64,000 nt of DNA from Callorhinchus milii (Eukaryota). Positions within the stretch are counted from its first letter, which is position 1. Every line of letters starts with the position of its first letter. Shown one piece after another: positions 1 to 14,956 of this stretch. Location of the stretch: positions 71,178,001-71,242,000 of the forward strand of contig NW_024704743.1 in assembly GCF_018977255.1 (NCBI RefSeq), read 5' to 3'. Both the position numbers and the translations under genes were made by a program. Under the pieces are notes generated by a model. That model made no database searches and had not been told where the DNA came from. It worked only from the letters and a program-made list of their open reading frames with translations.

Positions 1-760
1 GAGATGGAATAAAATCTTGTAATGAGAAAGGAGGAATGGCAGGTATCCTGCAGTTTTTGCCTCATTCTTTAGTCGAGTTTGATAGTAGTCAGCGTATAAC
101 AACAACAACAACTTGCGTTTATATAGCTCCCTTCACGTAGTGTTCTATAATGGCGGGGTGGGTGATGAGACTGAAGGGTTGAGGGGGGGAGTTCCATACG
201 TCAGCGGTGTCTAGTTGGAAAATTTAGCTACTGATGACTAGGCATCAAGAGAAGATGTTTTGATCACAGGGAATAACAATAGAAAAGGAAGTGGTATTGA
301 AAAAGTTGGCAGAGCACAAAGTAGAAAAGTCAACAGGCCTTGATGCCTGGTGGGTAACTATAGACCAGTCAGACGAACATCTGGAGTAGTTAAAATTTTC
401 ACAGCAGGATAAAATAATCACTTAGTTAAGTATTAGTTAAGTAATGGCAGCCAGCACTGATTTATTAAAGACAAGTCATGCTTGCAAAATTTAATAGAGT
501 TCTTTGAGGAATAGAGTCTGTGGATCAAGGGAATGCATTGGACATTGTGTATATAGATTTTCAAAGAGTGTTTGATATGGTGCCTCACAGAAAGCTTGTT
601 GAAAGAATCAAGATACAGAATATAAAAGAGGTTGTGGCAGCATGGATAGAGCATTGGCTAATGGACCCAAAGGAGGAATAAATAGATGTGTTTTCAAATT
701 GGAATGATGTAACAGTGGAGTCCATAGGACTAGCTTTTCTCAATATAGTATATCCTTTTG
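1..760 (+). mobile_element. Degraded CR1 LINE RT fragment
   Basis: SQH.FIKDKSCLQNLIEFFEE, DIVYIDFQRVFDMVPHRKL motifs with stops and frameshifts. Confidence 0.82.
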
Positions 761-1994
761 CTTTTTGGCCTTTCATACTACAACTAATACTAATAGGTTG
801 TTAGTTGATTGGCGGATCGCTTTTCCGAGAGTAATAATCCCTTCAAAATAAATTAAAATAAATTGGTCACTCAATCCACGCCTGTTTGTGGGACACTGCT
901 TGCGCAATTGCCTGCGGCGTTTTGCCCACAAAATATACGGTCAATCCACTTTACAGTATATTCTGTGAAGCATCTTTGACACACCTCAAAGACGTGATAA
1001 GGCGCTATATCAAATGCAAGGATTATTATTACAACAGTGTTATTGTTTCTATGCTGATAAAACGTAAAATAGTTAAACATTTTGTTTTAGTGAATACCAC
1101 TGCAACAATATACATTGCATCACTTCAGTTTAATCGGTCACCTTTTGATACTTGAAATCCTGCCCACTTCATACCTTTGTACACAAATGTAATGTTTGCC
1201 TCATGATCCATGACACAGCAGGTTAACTCATTGGAGATTGAATACTCTGTGACTTAAAAAGGTTCACACATACAAGACCATTTCATTTTACTTGTATCAC
1301 ACTTGTGAATCAGTCTCTCATCTCATCGAGTATTGATTGGTTTTACGAGTACAATCTGCTGAGATGTGGCCGATGTGATTTCTAGGGAGTGATCTCCTAA
1401 ACCGTCCTTTATTGTTGTACACTAGATAGTTTATTGAGGCACATTCGAGAACAGTATACATCTGGAGGCACAGCTGCCCATGTTACATACACGACAGAGT
1501 TTAGCACCTGGCTGTGTTGTGCATCAGAGCAATAAAAAGGTAATTTGAGTTGGTGCAAGTTAACTGATTTCTTTCTGAGACTCCAGAATAGTCTTTCATA
1601 GTAGTAGACTTTTTTTTTGAACAGTGTGTAGTATCCGACTTGTGTCTTTATATTTTGTTGATGCAAGAAATGTTACGTACTTATAAATGTTTTTTTTAAC
1701 ATGCATACAATACAACTGATTCATTATGTGCCTTTATACTATATTTTGTTTTGCAATTGAATTTAAGATCATCTGTGTATACAATGTAGAAGATGTGGCT
1801 TAATATTTAGGTTTTTTAATTTAAACATTTTAAAAATGAAAGCAATGGTTATATTTGATATAGCACCTTATTGCTTTGGGACGTCCCACCAATCAAAGCA
1901 CATAGCTGGTCAGGGCCCGAGCTAAAATTGGTCAAATTCCTGGTCATTATGTCCCCACAGACATCACTTGGGAGCTGGCGGGCACCCAGGAAGT

Positions 1995-3369
1995 GAGATG
2001 ATCGGATTTGCACCATCTCAAACCTCCTATTCCTTTCCAAGGTCCTGGAACGAGTTGTCGCGTCCCAGCTCAGCTCCTTTCTCTCTCACCATCCCCTCTT
2101 TCAACCCCTCCAATCCGGCTTCCACGCTGCCCACAGCATGGAAACAGCCCGGGTCAAACTCACTAATGACATTCTGAACATCTGTGATCAAGGCTCCCTC
2201 TGCCTCCTTGTCCTCTTCAACCACTCTGCCGCCTTCGACACTGTCGACCACTCCATCCTCATACACTGCCTTTCCTCTTTACGTAATCTTCGGGGAACTG
2301 CCTTTGCCTGGTTCGATTCCTATCTCTCTCACTGTCTCCACTTCATTGCCTCTAACGGTTTCTCCTCCAGCCCCGCACTGTCACGTCTGGCGTCCCCCAG
2401 GGCTCTGTCCTTGGCCCTCTCCTCTTTAATATCTACATGCTCCCCCTTGGTGACATCATCCGCAGACATGGGGTCAACTTCCACATGTATGCAGATGACA
2501 CCCAACTCTATCTTTCTGCCTCCACCCTCGACTCCAGGACCACTGCTGTCCTGACAGACTGTCTGTCGGACATCATGTCCTGGATGAGGGCAAATTTCCT
2601 ACAGTTGAATGTGAACAAGACTGAGGCCCTCCTGATTGGCTCGCGCCAGCGCCTCAGCACCTCAGGCTCTGGCAGCATCAACCTCCATGGTTGCACACTA
2701 CAACTCACCGCCAGTCAGGAACCTCAGTGTCTTGTCTTCCCCATATCCAAGCCATGACCTGCTCTGCCTTCCCTCACCTCCGTAACATCGCCCGACTCCG
2801 CCACTACCGCTGAAACTCTTGTTCATGCCTTCATCACCTCCAGAATCGACTATGCAAACACCCTGCTTGTCGGCCTTCCCAACTCCTCCCTCCACAGACT
2901 GCAGATAATTCAGAACTCTGCAGCCCGTGTCCTCTCCTGCACCAAACTCCGTGATCCCATCTCCCCCATTCTCGCCCGGCTCCATTGGCTCCCTATCCTT
3001 CAGAGGATCCAGTTCAAGATCCTGGTCCTCACATACAAAACCTTCCATGGCCTCACCCCACCCTATCTCTACGACCTCCTAACCCCCTACCAATCCATCC
3101 GTTCCCTCCGCTCAGCCGGCTCTGGCCTGCTCCACGTCCCCGACCCACCCGCCCCACCATTGGCGGGAGAGCCTTCAGCCACTCTGCCCCCAACCTCTGG
3201 AATTCCATCCCCCAGTCACTCCACCTCGCCCCCTCCTTAGTCTCCTTCAAGTCCCGCTTCAAGACTCTCCTCTTCGACCATGCCATCTGAAATGCTGTAC
3301 TCTGTCCAGTGCCTTGGGAAGTCCTCCCGACGTGAAAGGTGCTATACAAATGTAATCTTGTTGTTGTTG
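1995..3369 (+). mobile_element. 5'-truncated, frameshifted L2-clade LINE (RT ORF2 3' part and tail)
   Basis: [56 protein letters not shown] motifs; tail GTGAAAGGTGCTATACAAATGTAAT-(TTG)n. Confidence 0.93.
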
Positions 3370-5099
3370 CACGTACACAGTGACACCACAAGTGGTGATC
3401 GGTGTTGCCATAATGCAGAAACACTGACAATGCGGTGATCACTTTTGATCACACCCGATTCCACAAGGAGTGGCATGAAACAGGTTTCCTGTGAGAATAA
3501 GATAAAAGATTCTCATGTGAGGTCCTGAAATTGACCTTCATGGCAAGGTCTGAATGACCATTTGTCACTCCAACATTCTTATTGGTAAATATGTTTTTAA
3601 AAATACTTTTTAAAAACTATCTCACCAGAGGCTTGAAATAAAATTCCACCAAGTCCTATATTATTTTGTTTTATTATTTAAGATTGTGTAGAAATGTGAA
3701 AAAATCTAGAAATTTCTTCTGCAATTGGAATTAAGAATTTCCCATTGTTTTACGCTATCAAACTAGTCTTGCAGACTAAGATTAGGTGAAATTTTGAGGC
3801 TCGGTGATTGATTTACAATATTTGTTATGTGGCAACTTGTAAAACAAATATTGCAGAGGAGAAAAGTACAGAAGCAGACAAAATGTTTGAAGTGAGTCTT
3901 GTAAAACAAGGTTACTTGAGCAGTGCAACAGGACCATGAATTATATAGCGGCACAAACATACATTATTAAGACAAGACAAACCCGAGTGATTGATGGAAG
4001 TGCATTGTAATGCCATCAACGTGTTGATACTGTAGAATTGTGGAATGATTGATTGGGCCTTCTCAGAAAGTACCTGTCATTCATACACTGCTGCAACTGT
4101 TCACAGGGGGAAAAAAATAAGGAAATTAAAGTCCTGATTGGGGCTCTTCAGACTGATTAATTTACCCATTCAGTCCTGAATTGGTTGTGAAGTATGCTGT
4201 ATGAGTACACTTTTTCCAATAATGCTTTATTAAATTACTCCTTGGGGTATTATTAAAAAAACAGACAATAAAGAACAAAGGCAAAATGCAATATATTTAG
4301 CTGACAAAATGATGTGTAGTGAGTGGAAGCTACACGGTTGTAACACTTTTATGTTGCTGGGTTAGTGGGTCCAGGCAGAGTAATTTATAACACAGCTTGT
4401 TGTGAACATTGATCAGAGAAATGGATGGCTGCAGTTCTATTTTAATTGTTCATAAAAACTAAACGTCTATTTGTTTTTTGTTGCAGCTTTGGCCAAAAAC
4501 TGATAGCCTCTGCAAGGACGTAATAGAATATTGAATATTTAAAATAAGCTGTCTTGTAATGATTAGCACTGTGGCTAAGTGTCAGTGCCAATTGCTATGT
4601 AATTTTTTTAAAAATTGTATTTGTTTTTAAGATCCCTATCGTGTCTTTGTGTTATTTTAACCAGAGGATATCAGCTCTGTAAATTTTCACCTATTTCCTG
4701 GACCATGCGCTGTGCATTGTTAGCAAGCAGATGGAAGAAACTGCTCCCAGTCCCATCTTGATCTATCCATTTGAATCAGTTGAATGAGGTACATGGAGGC
4801 AGTCAGGACATGGATTTCTATAACCTTAACCTTCTCTCTCCCTCCATCTCGGTGCCCATCCAGCACTGTGAAGAACTTTACAGGCATTACTGTATATAAA
4901 TGTGCATTGAATTGAATCTCCCTGTCTGTCTGTGCTCCACTTTGCATCTCCCTTTACCCTCATGAAATCACCAGCTTCTTTCTACGTCCTGTCAAAATTG
5001 TGGCTTTATAGCTAAAAACAAACAACTATATGAAAGTTCTTACATTCAATTGCAGAAGAAAACACAAAAATAGCCACAAGTCTTGCTCAAGTCATCACT

Positions 5100-5401
5100 A
5101 TAATCATAATAATCCTTGCATTTGCTACAGTGCTTTTCACACCTTCTAGATGTCTCAAAGCGCTTCACAGAACATACTGTAAAGTGAATTGACTGTATAT
5201 TTGTGGGAGAAACGCCAATTGCGCACAGCAATGTCCCACAAACAGTTGTGGATTGAAATAATCAATTTATTAATGTTTTTTTGAGGGATTATTATTAGGC
5301 TCTGTGTGGAGTAAAGAAACTTGCCTACGGTTTCACCCTGCCTGGAATTGAACCCAGGTCTCTCGCTTGTAAGGCGAGTGCTCTAACCACTAAGCTACAG
5401 G
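5100..5401 (-). mobile_element. tRNA-derived SINE, short form
   Basis: Reverse complement family copy with a small internal deletion. Confidence 0.88.
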
Positions 5402-8026
5402 TCACTTTTGCACATGCTGGACTGCTGCTGGAAGGCATTACTTTGGAAATCCTTCCCCACATGGCGGGCACTATATAAACACAAGTTGCTGTTGATGAGT
5501 CTGTGTTCATGACCACATGCTCATATATCCAGGGCTTGGTGTCCACCTTGATTGGTTTACAGAGTGGTTAGTAGTTGCTGCTCAAGCTCCGCTGATGGAG
5601 CCAGTGAGTAGGGACGTGTATCCAAGCTGTAGACAGGAGGCTGGTGGTAATGTTCTCTCAAATTGCCAACTGAGTCGTGCTGCTCACCAGAAAGCTCTCA
5701 GGGGGTTTCTGGTTCCAGATATTCATCAAGTGAAGGTGCAAACATAACTTGTGAGATGTCAAATGACCAACTAGTGAAAATCCTCCCTGGGTAAGTGAGA
5801 GTGGAGGAAGCTCAGTAGGGGTCCTTCAATCCAAGTTGGCTCTAAGGTGATGTGCTTGGTATTCAAATGTCGGAATCGAATCAACCCTCTGTAGCTGTCT
5901 CAATAGTCTGGTTTCCGAGTTAGGTGGATCTGCAGTATTCCAGGGCATTGCTGATGATGCCAGCCAACCAGCCTGGCCTTTTGGCAGGATTTGGAGGACT
6001 GGTCATCACCCCAGTCACTGAGGGCAGGGACTCTTCCAATTCAGCTCCTGATAACTCTGGAAGCCAAAGCCCTAATGGGTAGGATGGTCTATTCCACCTG
6101 GACAAGCAGGGGGAAAGCTTGCCAGACAGTGCTTTCAATAGCAAGACATGCAGTTTTTGATGGTTAAATTCAGCACAGTACCTCAGTGCACTCTCTGAGG
6201 TCCTCAAACCTTCTCTTGCCAACCTGTGCCTAATACTGTTCCTAATTAGGCAAGCAAGGTGCCTCCCTTCAGAGAAAGATACAGGAACAGTTCCATGTGT
6301 AGGTGGTATACATATGTGGGAGTCTGTTTTCAATGCTCTGAAGCATGTGTCATATTCCTGGCTGATTTAAAAGGAAACGGGCTGACTCACTCTTGGAGTA
6401 TTCAAAATGGTAATCACTGGCCCACAGAATAGCTGTGTTTTAAGTGACGTTGAATAGTGAGGTGCTTAACGATGGAGTTGTCCTGCACTTCTACTTACAA
6501 TGTGAACATTAGGGGAAACGGAACAAAAATCCCTGTGGGATTCCACTACTTGCTGATACAGAAGGCAAAAGAAGAACCTTTTCAATTCGATGAGACCTTC
6601 ATCTTTTTATCACTCAGCCATTTCTATCAAGCTGATTAATTTGACTTTCATTCCTTGAGCCTTAATCTTGGTTATAAGTATTGCATGCAAAACTTTCTGA
6701 AATACCATGAAACTATGAAGCATGAAATGCATTTTGAAAACCCAGTTAGTTCATTAAATTCGGGAATTCAGCTGATAGTGGGTGGTCTTTTCGTTTCCAG
6801 TTGTCAGTCTGCTGTGTGCTGATCTCATCACATGCCCTAAATTACATTCTTACTGGATTTATTTTCAACTATCGGTACGAATTTGCCACAAAAATCCTAG
6901 AATAAAGTAACTGTATAGCGGTCCAATTGAGCAGCCCGGGCCCCAACACTACCAAGTAAAAGTAGGTACAGTTTTGATGCCCAAGTGTTGTGTTGTGCAG
7001 ACTTTCAGACATTTTCATTGGTTTGTCTATTTCTGAACACAAATCTGTCTGTTCTCCATTCCCACTTCAACCCCATCCCCAAGATAGTAAGAAATGTAAG
7101 AATATCAAACTTAAATGAAAGCATTCTTAACATGATGTTTGTTGAGTGAGCAAAACTAATCTAATACAAAAATAAACTTCATTTTAATGTTTTTCTGTCA
7201 AATTGAATTTGTACGCAGGATTTAACTATGCCATGCAATCTGTTGAATAGAGCCTTCACATTTTGTTAATTGCATTGATCCGGTCTATAATTATACAAAA
7301 AAACACCAGTTTATCAGTGAAATGGGATTTTTTTTTGAATAAATATTAATAAATATTCAAATCTTCCTCAATATTGACCACATGAATTTTACGAACAAAA
7401 GTACACCTTTATACATTGCCTGATCTCTCAGGAGAAGGAGTTTCAAAGGTTAGAGGTGTAAAATCGGAAATCTCAATCACAGATGGTGGTGTGGAGGACG
7501 CGCAGCTTGTGTTAGCTGATTGCAGCAGCGGAGTGGGAAAAGAGGAGATTGGAGAGCTGCTAGGGTGTGAAGGGATTTATAGGTGAGGATGAGGGCCTCC
7601 ATTAATTTAAAATTAATGTTCTCATGTTGCCATCCTGGGATTGGAGGCAGAGTTGGAACAAAGAACAGTCATATTTGTGCTTGGAAATAGACAAATCAAT
7701 ATCAATGTGTCTGAAAAGCTTGAACAACACTACTAAAGGGGGAATCTGTCATTCCCCTTGCAACCGTATCGCCATAGATTTGTAATATATAGGTTTATAT
7801 GTTTAAAAAATTTAAGAATAGCAGCTGGGGTCTGTTCCAACAAGCCCACCCTTGCTGTGCAATATTTTGTCTGTTCTTCCACAATAAAAAGCTTTTATCC
7901 CACCCTCAAGAGAATAGCCTCCATTGCACTCTGGGACACAATCCCACTTGAGCTATCCTATGAGAATTTTAGTGTCTTTAGAATTGAAATGCTAGAGTGC
8001 AAAATAAATCCTTTCTCTTTTGTTAG

Positions 8027-8116
8027 GATCTGAAAGATGAAAAGAAAAAGGCAAGAATGGCAGCTGCCAGGGCAGTCCTCGAGAAGTGCACCATGATGCT
8101 GCTAACTGCATCAAAG
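8027..8116 (+). CDS. CTNNAL1: Alpha-catulin internal coding exon (first in window; DLKDEKKKARMAAARAVLEKCTMMLLTASK)
   Basis: ttag|GAT...AAG|gtaagg; 90 nt, phase 0-0; peptide recognisable as vinculin/alpha-catenin family, alpha-catulin type. Confidence 0.95.
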
Positions 8117-8869
8117 GTAAGGACAATATGGGCAAAAACGCAACAGTTCAATGGGCTGCATTTAGGTCTGAATGCACTGCATTCTTGTGTGTGGTCAGAA
8201 AACAGCAAAAAGCGTCTGCCCTTGTGAATATAATCCAACTCTGTCTGCAATATAATTCCACTCTCGTTCCTGCTTGCCAATCTGCATTGGTGATACACAC
8301 AACCTTCTTTTCAATTAGCTGCTAAGCTTCTGGTCATCTATTTATTAATATTTAATCTCCTGAATATCTCTGAAAACAGTCATTTACTAGGTGGCAGGCA
8401 ATGCTTATTTGCACCTTAATCATTTAAAAACTATTCATTTCAATTAATGTTTTCTAAAGTGCTCCTATCCTCGGACATTAGGCTTTTTTAGATACATTGT
8501 ATTGAGTTACTAATTAAACACTGATGAAACTGGAAGCGTGAAATTTCTCTTGCTGCTTGGCATAATAACCTTCAGTGTTTTCTTTGCAATGAAGAATGTA
8601 CATCATCAAACTCACTACACTTAGCAGGGAGAGGAATTTTACCCGCAGGTGGTGTAAAACCCAGATCAATTTTGAATTCATTATTGGTCTCTGAATATAA
8701 CCAGTTGCAAATGAAACCTGTCACATTCTACTGCAATCACTACACTTGACAATAATTACTTGTGAGAGACTATGAGACATTTCAATGTAATAACATGCGA
8801 AAACAATGCATGTTCTAGGGGAAGCCCTGATGGTGTATTGGATGGCACAAAACCGGCCTCGCGGTTCAC

Positions 8870-9440
8870 CGCCAGATGTGGCTCAAGTTACCGCCTCTCT
8901 GTCTCACAGGCCAAAACTGCTTTCTATTCCCAGGCCTTTCTGGAGGCCAAAAATAACCCCCAAAGTGCTTTTCTCCATCACTCATCAACTCCTCCATGCA
9001 TCTCTTCAAGCAACCTTGATCCTCATATCTAATGCTGAGTGCAAAGATGTCCTGAACTTCTTCATCTCAAAGATAGAAAACATCCGTCTGGCTGCCTCCC
9101 CTTCCTCCCTGTGTGCCCTAGTAAATCGGGAACATGGGGGAGGAAGATCCTCGACTGCTCTTCCTACCCCACATCTGGTCCCTGACCAGGGTCGCTTTCT
9201 TCCAACTCGATCACACCTCACAGCCAAAACACTCATCTAAGCTTTTAGCACCTCCTGCCCCGATTATTTCAATGCCCTCCTCGCTGGTCTCCAAAGGCTC
9301 AACTATCCACAAGATCCAATTAATTCATAACTCTGCCGCCCACATAGCACACCAGACCCGGTATCCCCATCACACCTGTCCTCGCCAGGTTCCACTGGCT
9401 CCCAATTACAGAACTGATCAGCTTTAAGATTGATCTGCAG
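8870..9440 (+). mobile_element. Degraded L2 LINE fragments
   Basis: QAKTAFYS, FFISKIENIR and LHWLP-like remnants with internal deletions. Confidence 0.7.
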
Positions 9441-11307
9441 TATTGAAGTGTGACTGAACTGGCCTTCTAATGGTGTAATATTGTGGCGTGGAAGTAGTAC
9501 AATATGATAGTTAAATAAGTTGGTGTTGGTATTGAGTTTGAGATAATGGAGAATATAGAGGAAAGGGAGCATATTATGTACAGATGATTAAATGGTATTA
9601 GATTTGACATTGTGCGATGGATTTAGGAAGATTTTTTAGAAAATCTGCTTTTAAAACCACAGCACTTCAAATGTGGACTAGTTACTGGACAGGAAAAGAG
9701 CAAAACAAAAGAGTGGTTTTGAAGAAATATTGGAATGAATGGAAATTAAATGAATACCATGGAAACAGAAGACTAATATTAAAATGTTGTTAATAATAAT
9801 AATCCTTGCTTTTGATTTTGCACCTTATCACGTTGTTGAGACATCTCAAAGCTCTTCATAGAATATACTGTAAATTGGAGTGACTGACATTTTGTGGGAG
9901 AAACATGGCAGCCAATTGCACACAGCTGTTCAATAAATTAAGCTTAGTACATAAACATGTTTTAAAAATCTATTGCAAGGAACAGTACAGGTGCCCGGAA
10001 AAATCTATAAAACTGAACCCAATGAAGGAGAACAATCTGTATAATGCAAAAAATTGCAGGAAATATATTTAAAAAGTTCAGTGAAAAGGAGAAAATGTTT
10101 TATAATATGCATATTTGTAGAGTTATGAGTACAAATGGGGTGGGTGGATTGGAAGACTGGGGTTCAAAGTAAAGGAAACCATAAATAAGAAGGGGAGAAA
10201 CAAAGAGATGTACTGCAACTCAATCAATGCAGGCATCACACTACATTATTGGCAAAAATAATTGTTGGGTTTTCTGATTTTTAAAATGGGTCAGATCCAC
10301 TATTCTGTGAATTATAGTTTGACATTGAGTGTGCTGGAGTCGGTAATAAAGGAAGTGTTAATGAATTAAATGCATTTAACAAGATTAAAGGCAGTAATAG
10401 CAGTACCATGGGTTTATGGGAGGCAGGTACATCATGGCTCACAAATATATTGGAATTCTTTCAGAGTGCAGTGGAATTGGTGAATGCTATCAACTGCCTT
10501 CAAGATATATAAGATGTCTCACAAGAGACTTGTGGTTGAAGTGAAAGCTCTTGAGATAAAATAGGAAGCTGTAAATTGGATAATAAATCAGTTAAGTTTG
10601 AAACCAGGGTAGTGGTTGTAAGTGACCAGCAAAGATACTCCAGGGATCATTTCTGCGACCTCGTCTAATCACAATATTTTATCATTGATCTTGATGAAGG
10701 TATTACAAGTAGAATGTTTTAAGTTTGCAGATGATACCAAGCTGTGTGCAAAAGCAGGATGTACAGAGAAAAAGGGTACAATTCAGAGTGACTGGTGAAT
10801 CACAAATGCATTTAATATTGAAAGATAATAATAATCCTTGCATTTGATACAGCGCTTTTCACATCAAAAGGATACGCAAAAGGCTTCACAGGATATTCTG
10901 TGAGGCATATTTTGTAGGCGATCACAGCAATTAGTTTGCATGTAGTAATGTCCCACAGTTTTAATTTTATCTGAAGATTGGTGATCAGGTTTCTAGGAGG
11001 AATGCCCTTTTTTCAAATAGTGCCAGAGGATCATTATTGATCACCTGAATAGGCAAAGTGGACTTGTTATGTTATGTACCCTCTCCTCTATCCTCCTTGA
11101 TCCCAACCGTCCACCACCGCTCAGGTCCTAATCCCTAACGGTTCAGCATCTTGCGACGTCCTCCCGATGGAATAGGCACTTTGCAAATGTAATTTTGTAT
11201 TGTATGTAAGTTTAAAGTCTCAACGTGGGCCTCAAGCCTATAACCTTCTGATTCAGCGGCAATAATGCTACCAGCTGAGCTGGCCTGACATCAATATAGA
11301 GTAATAT

Positions 11308-11622
11308 TGGAGTCCTGTAGCTCAGTGGTTAGAGCACTCGCTTTGCAAGTGAGAGACCTGAGTTCAATTCCAGGCAGGGCGAAACCTTGGGCAAGTTTCC
11401 TTACTCCACACGCCTAATAATAATCCCTCCAAAAAAACAAAAACAATAATTAAATTGGTCATTTTTAATCTACGACTGTTTGTGGGACATTGCTGTGCGC
11501 AATTGGCTGCCGCGTTCGCCCACAAATATACAGTCAATTCACTTTACAGTGTGTTCTGTGAAGCGCTTTGGGACGTCCTCCCGACATGAAAAACGCTATA
11601 TCAAATGCAAGGATTATTATTT
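11308..11622 (+). mobile_element. Young tRNA-Ala-derived SINE, short form (Deu-like 3' part, L2-type tail)
   Basis: GGAGTCCTGTAGCTCAGTGGTTAGAGC (A box), tRNA-Ala-like anticodon arm, GAGTTCAATTCC (B box), body ending GCTATATCAAATGCAAGG(ATT)n. Confidence 0.92.
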
Positions 11623-14189
11623 AATAGGTAACAGTACTGAGATAAGAAATATGACGGAAAAATTAAAGTTAAGTTGTTGAACAAACTAAAATTCAAAGCA
11701 TTAAAAACATTGATTGGATAAATCTGTCCCAAATCAAACATAACATCTGTTTGTGGAACATTGCTGTGTGCAACTTGGCTGCTGTATTCACCTACAAAAT
11801 ACCCAGTCACTACACTTTCCCGTATATCCTTTGAAGCGTTTCTGATGTGAAAGGCACTATATCAAATGCAAAGATTAATGAAGGGAATGGTCAAGAGAGG
11901 TCTTGTGCAGAAGGAGTATCAGGAGACATAATTGCAAGCTCGAGAAGCCGCGAGGGAAACTGAACTTCAAAGAAAAATGTCTTTATTCTTGGAACTGCAT
12001 TTACTGCAGAAAAAAGTGATTCATATGAAGCAAGCACAAGATCACAAGAGCAGGATAGCTGATTAAGGCCCTTTGGCCTTTTTGATCTCATTCATCCTGA
12101 ATTCTCACACTACAGATCTTCCCATTGAAACCTCAAGCAAGCTATTTCTTAAACAAGCCCAGGATCCTCTTCACTGCCACCCTTCCTGTTATTGTACCAA
12201 CTCTGCACTCCTATCATCATATTCTTTGCCAGGCTCCCTAGTGCAGAATGGATCAATTTCAAGGTTCTCACATTCACTTAAAATCACTCCATGCCTTTGC
12301 ACTTCCCTATCTGCTCACAGCCCGCTCCTCTACCTGCCCATTTCGCTCAACTGGCTCTGGCCTTCTGCATATCCCTCATCCCTCCCTGATCTAACATCAG
12401 TGACCATGATTTTTGCCGCTAAACCCCGAAACTGGAACTCCTTGCCTCAGTCCTACCATGTCTCCTCCTTGCCTGCCTTCAGATCGCATCTGAAGACTTT
12501 CCTCTTCTACAGTGCCTATTGTCACCACCCTGGCTCAGTGTCATGCTTCACTATTTTGAGACACTAGACCAAGTGAAGGGTGCTGTATAAATGCAAGTTA
12601 TTTTAACCTGCTCCAGCTGTTGACTACAACAACAACTTGCATTTATATAGCACCCTTCACGTGGGGTAGCGTCTCGGAGTGCTTGAACGCATCCTGGCTA
12701 TTCTCTGCTCAAGGAAATACTTCCTAGATCTATCATAAAATTGACTTTCATAACCCTGGGCATCTGCTCTCTTGTCCTCCTGCCTTGGAGAATCAAAAGT
12801 ATTGGTTTAGGTTTTTTTAAAATTATTTTTGTATTATTTTATTGGTAATTTCATTGCTTTGCGCGGACCTCTGTGACGTCCTGCAACCTTACTCCTCGAG
12901 CCATTTACTTCACTCCATCAATACCATGAGCCCTGAGCACTCCAATCCCCATTGGTGGATAAGCATTCAGCCACATTGCCCCTGCCCTTTGAAAATCTCT
13001 TCCAAAATCCCTCCATTTCTGCTTTCAAAACCTGCCACACAAAACTTGTCTCTTTGACCACGCCTTCAGTCTTCTCTCCCCACCTGCCACCAACTCCCTC
13101 CCAGCTCGGATTCATCCTCAGTCTTTGTGAAGCACTTTGAGACCCAAGTGAAAATTTATTTTCTTTCTTTAAATTATTTGACCTTTTATATCTCCTTGAC
13201 ATCGCTATTCTGATGAACCGTATCTCATTGTTCCCTGTACGTATACTCTCTAGCACTGAATATCAACCTTGTTGCGCTTCTTGGCATTGCAATTAGACCT
13301 TGAGTAAGCAACTTTCTAGGTGCAGTCTTACCAGAGCATTGTACAGCTTAAGAATAACTTCTGGGGATCTCAACTTAACTGATTTAACAATATAGCCCAG
13401 CATCCTGCTCACCTTATTTATTCCTGCCTCACATTAGCACTATTTGGACATGGTGAGGGATAAGTAAACCAATTCCCCCAGGCCTTTCTTTTATTTTTTT
13501 TGGTCAGCTGGGTGTCTTGACACATGTGGAAACCCATCACTTTGCTAAAGAGTATTGAAACCAAACTGAGAGTTTCTTGCATTCCACCTACACGTGGAAA
13601 TTTCAGAGATGTTTATTGGAGTAGAATGCGCACTCTCTCCCTGAACGGACACATTGTGCTTGCCTAATTCTGGAGAGTATTAGGCGCATTAGTGAGTGAA
13701 AATAGTGGTAAGAAACTCTGTGCTTCAGCTCAATTGTGATGGAAAAGATTACACCGCCATTTCAGTGAAAATCCATTTCCTTTATCACTGCAGCTGATCC
13801 AGTATCTACATTTTGTTGGTCTCCTGTCAAATGAGCAAATTCTACCATCTCATTTCCAAACTGACTGAAGATCTGTGCAAACACCCGACATTTACTATCT
13901 ATTGTGAAAATCTGAGTTTGTAAGGAGCTGGAAAAAAGCTAAACACAACACAAAAAAAACAAAAAAGCTTCACTAAACTTTATTCCAAATTATGATGAAA
14001 TTAAAGAATTTTTTTTCAATTCTGCTTGTTCTTATATTTAAGACTAATATAACAGTTTTAAGATGTTAAGACTAAGATTATTGGCCAGGCTACTGAGAAA
14101 ACTTCTTTCTGTTTTTGAATAGTGCCATGTTTCTATAACGTTCACCTGAACAGGCAGACAGGAGGCCAAGTATAAGGAATTACCATTGG

Positions 14190-14956
14190 TGAAACCATTG
14201 CTCAATGGGAACAGATGTGTGTCAGAGCTGCGGGCAGGCACTTGGTGGCAATGCTTTCAATATTTCATGCTGAGCTGTGTTGCCCACCAGGAAGCTCGCA
14301 GGGAGTTCCTGGTACTTACCATCTGCCTAATGAGGGCTCAAGCCCGTGGTTGTCAGAAGTCGAACAACCAACTTGTAACTATCCTCAGGGGTGGGAGAGG
14401 TAACTGGTGTTTAGCAATGGAATCTCAGAATCGAACCAGCCCTCTGTGGCAGGCTGGTAGTCCAGTTCCTGAACCAGGAGGGTCTGTAGTATTCCAGGGC
14501 ACTGCTAATGAAAGCACAACTAGCCTAGCTCATTGGTAAGACCTGGAAGGACAGACCAGTCTCTGAGGCAGGGACTCTTCCCACTCAGCTCATGTTAACC
14601 CTGCAAACTAAAGTCCTAATGGGTAAAGTAGTACTAGCTGGACAAGCAGCGGAAAAGCTTGCCTGGTAGTACTTTCAATGGCAAACTATCCAGTTTTAGC
14701 TGGTTAGACTCCAGCAGTACCCCAACACACACTCTGGAGACCCCAAGCTTTAGCTCTTGCCAACCTGCACCTAATACTCTACAGAATTAGGTAAGCAAGA
14801 TGTGTCCCTCCAGGGAGAAAGTACACATTTAATTTCAATAAACATCTCTGGGATTTCCATGTATAGGTGGATGCATGGAATTCTCAGTTTGATTTGGATA
14901 TTGTTAAGCATGGCGATGGGTTTCCACATGTGTCAGACACCCAACTGAACAAACAG
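14190..14956 (+). mobile_element. Unclassified dispersed repeat (family of about 9 copies), representative copy
   Basis: Homologous to about 5402-6395, 28140-28500, 32305-32500, 33870-34428 (same strand) and 13496-13690, 36483-37280, 49405-49935, 56638-56872 (opposite strand); shared end TGTCAGACACCCAGCTGACCAAAA. Confidence 0.75.
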
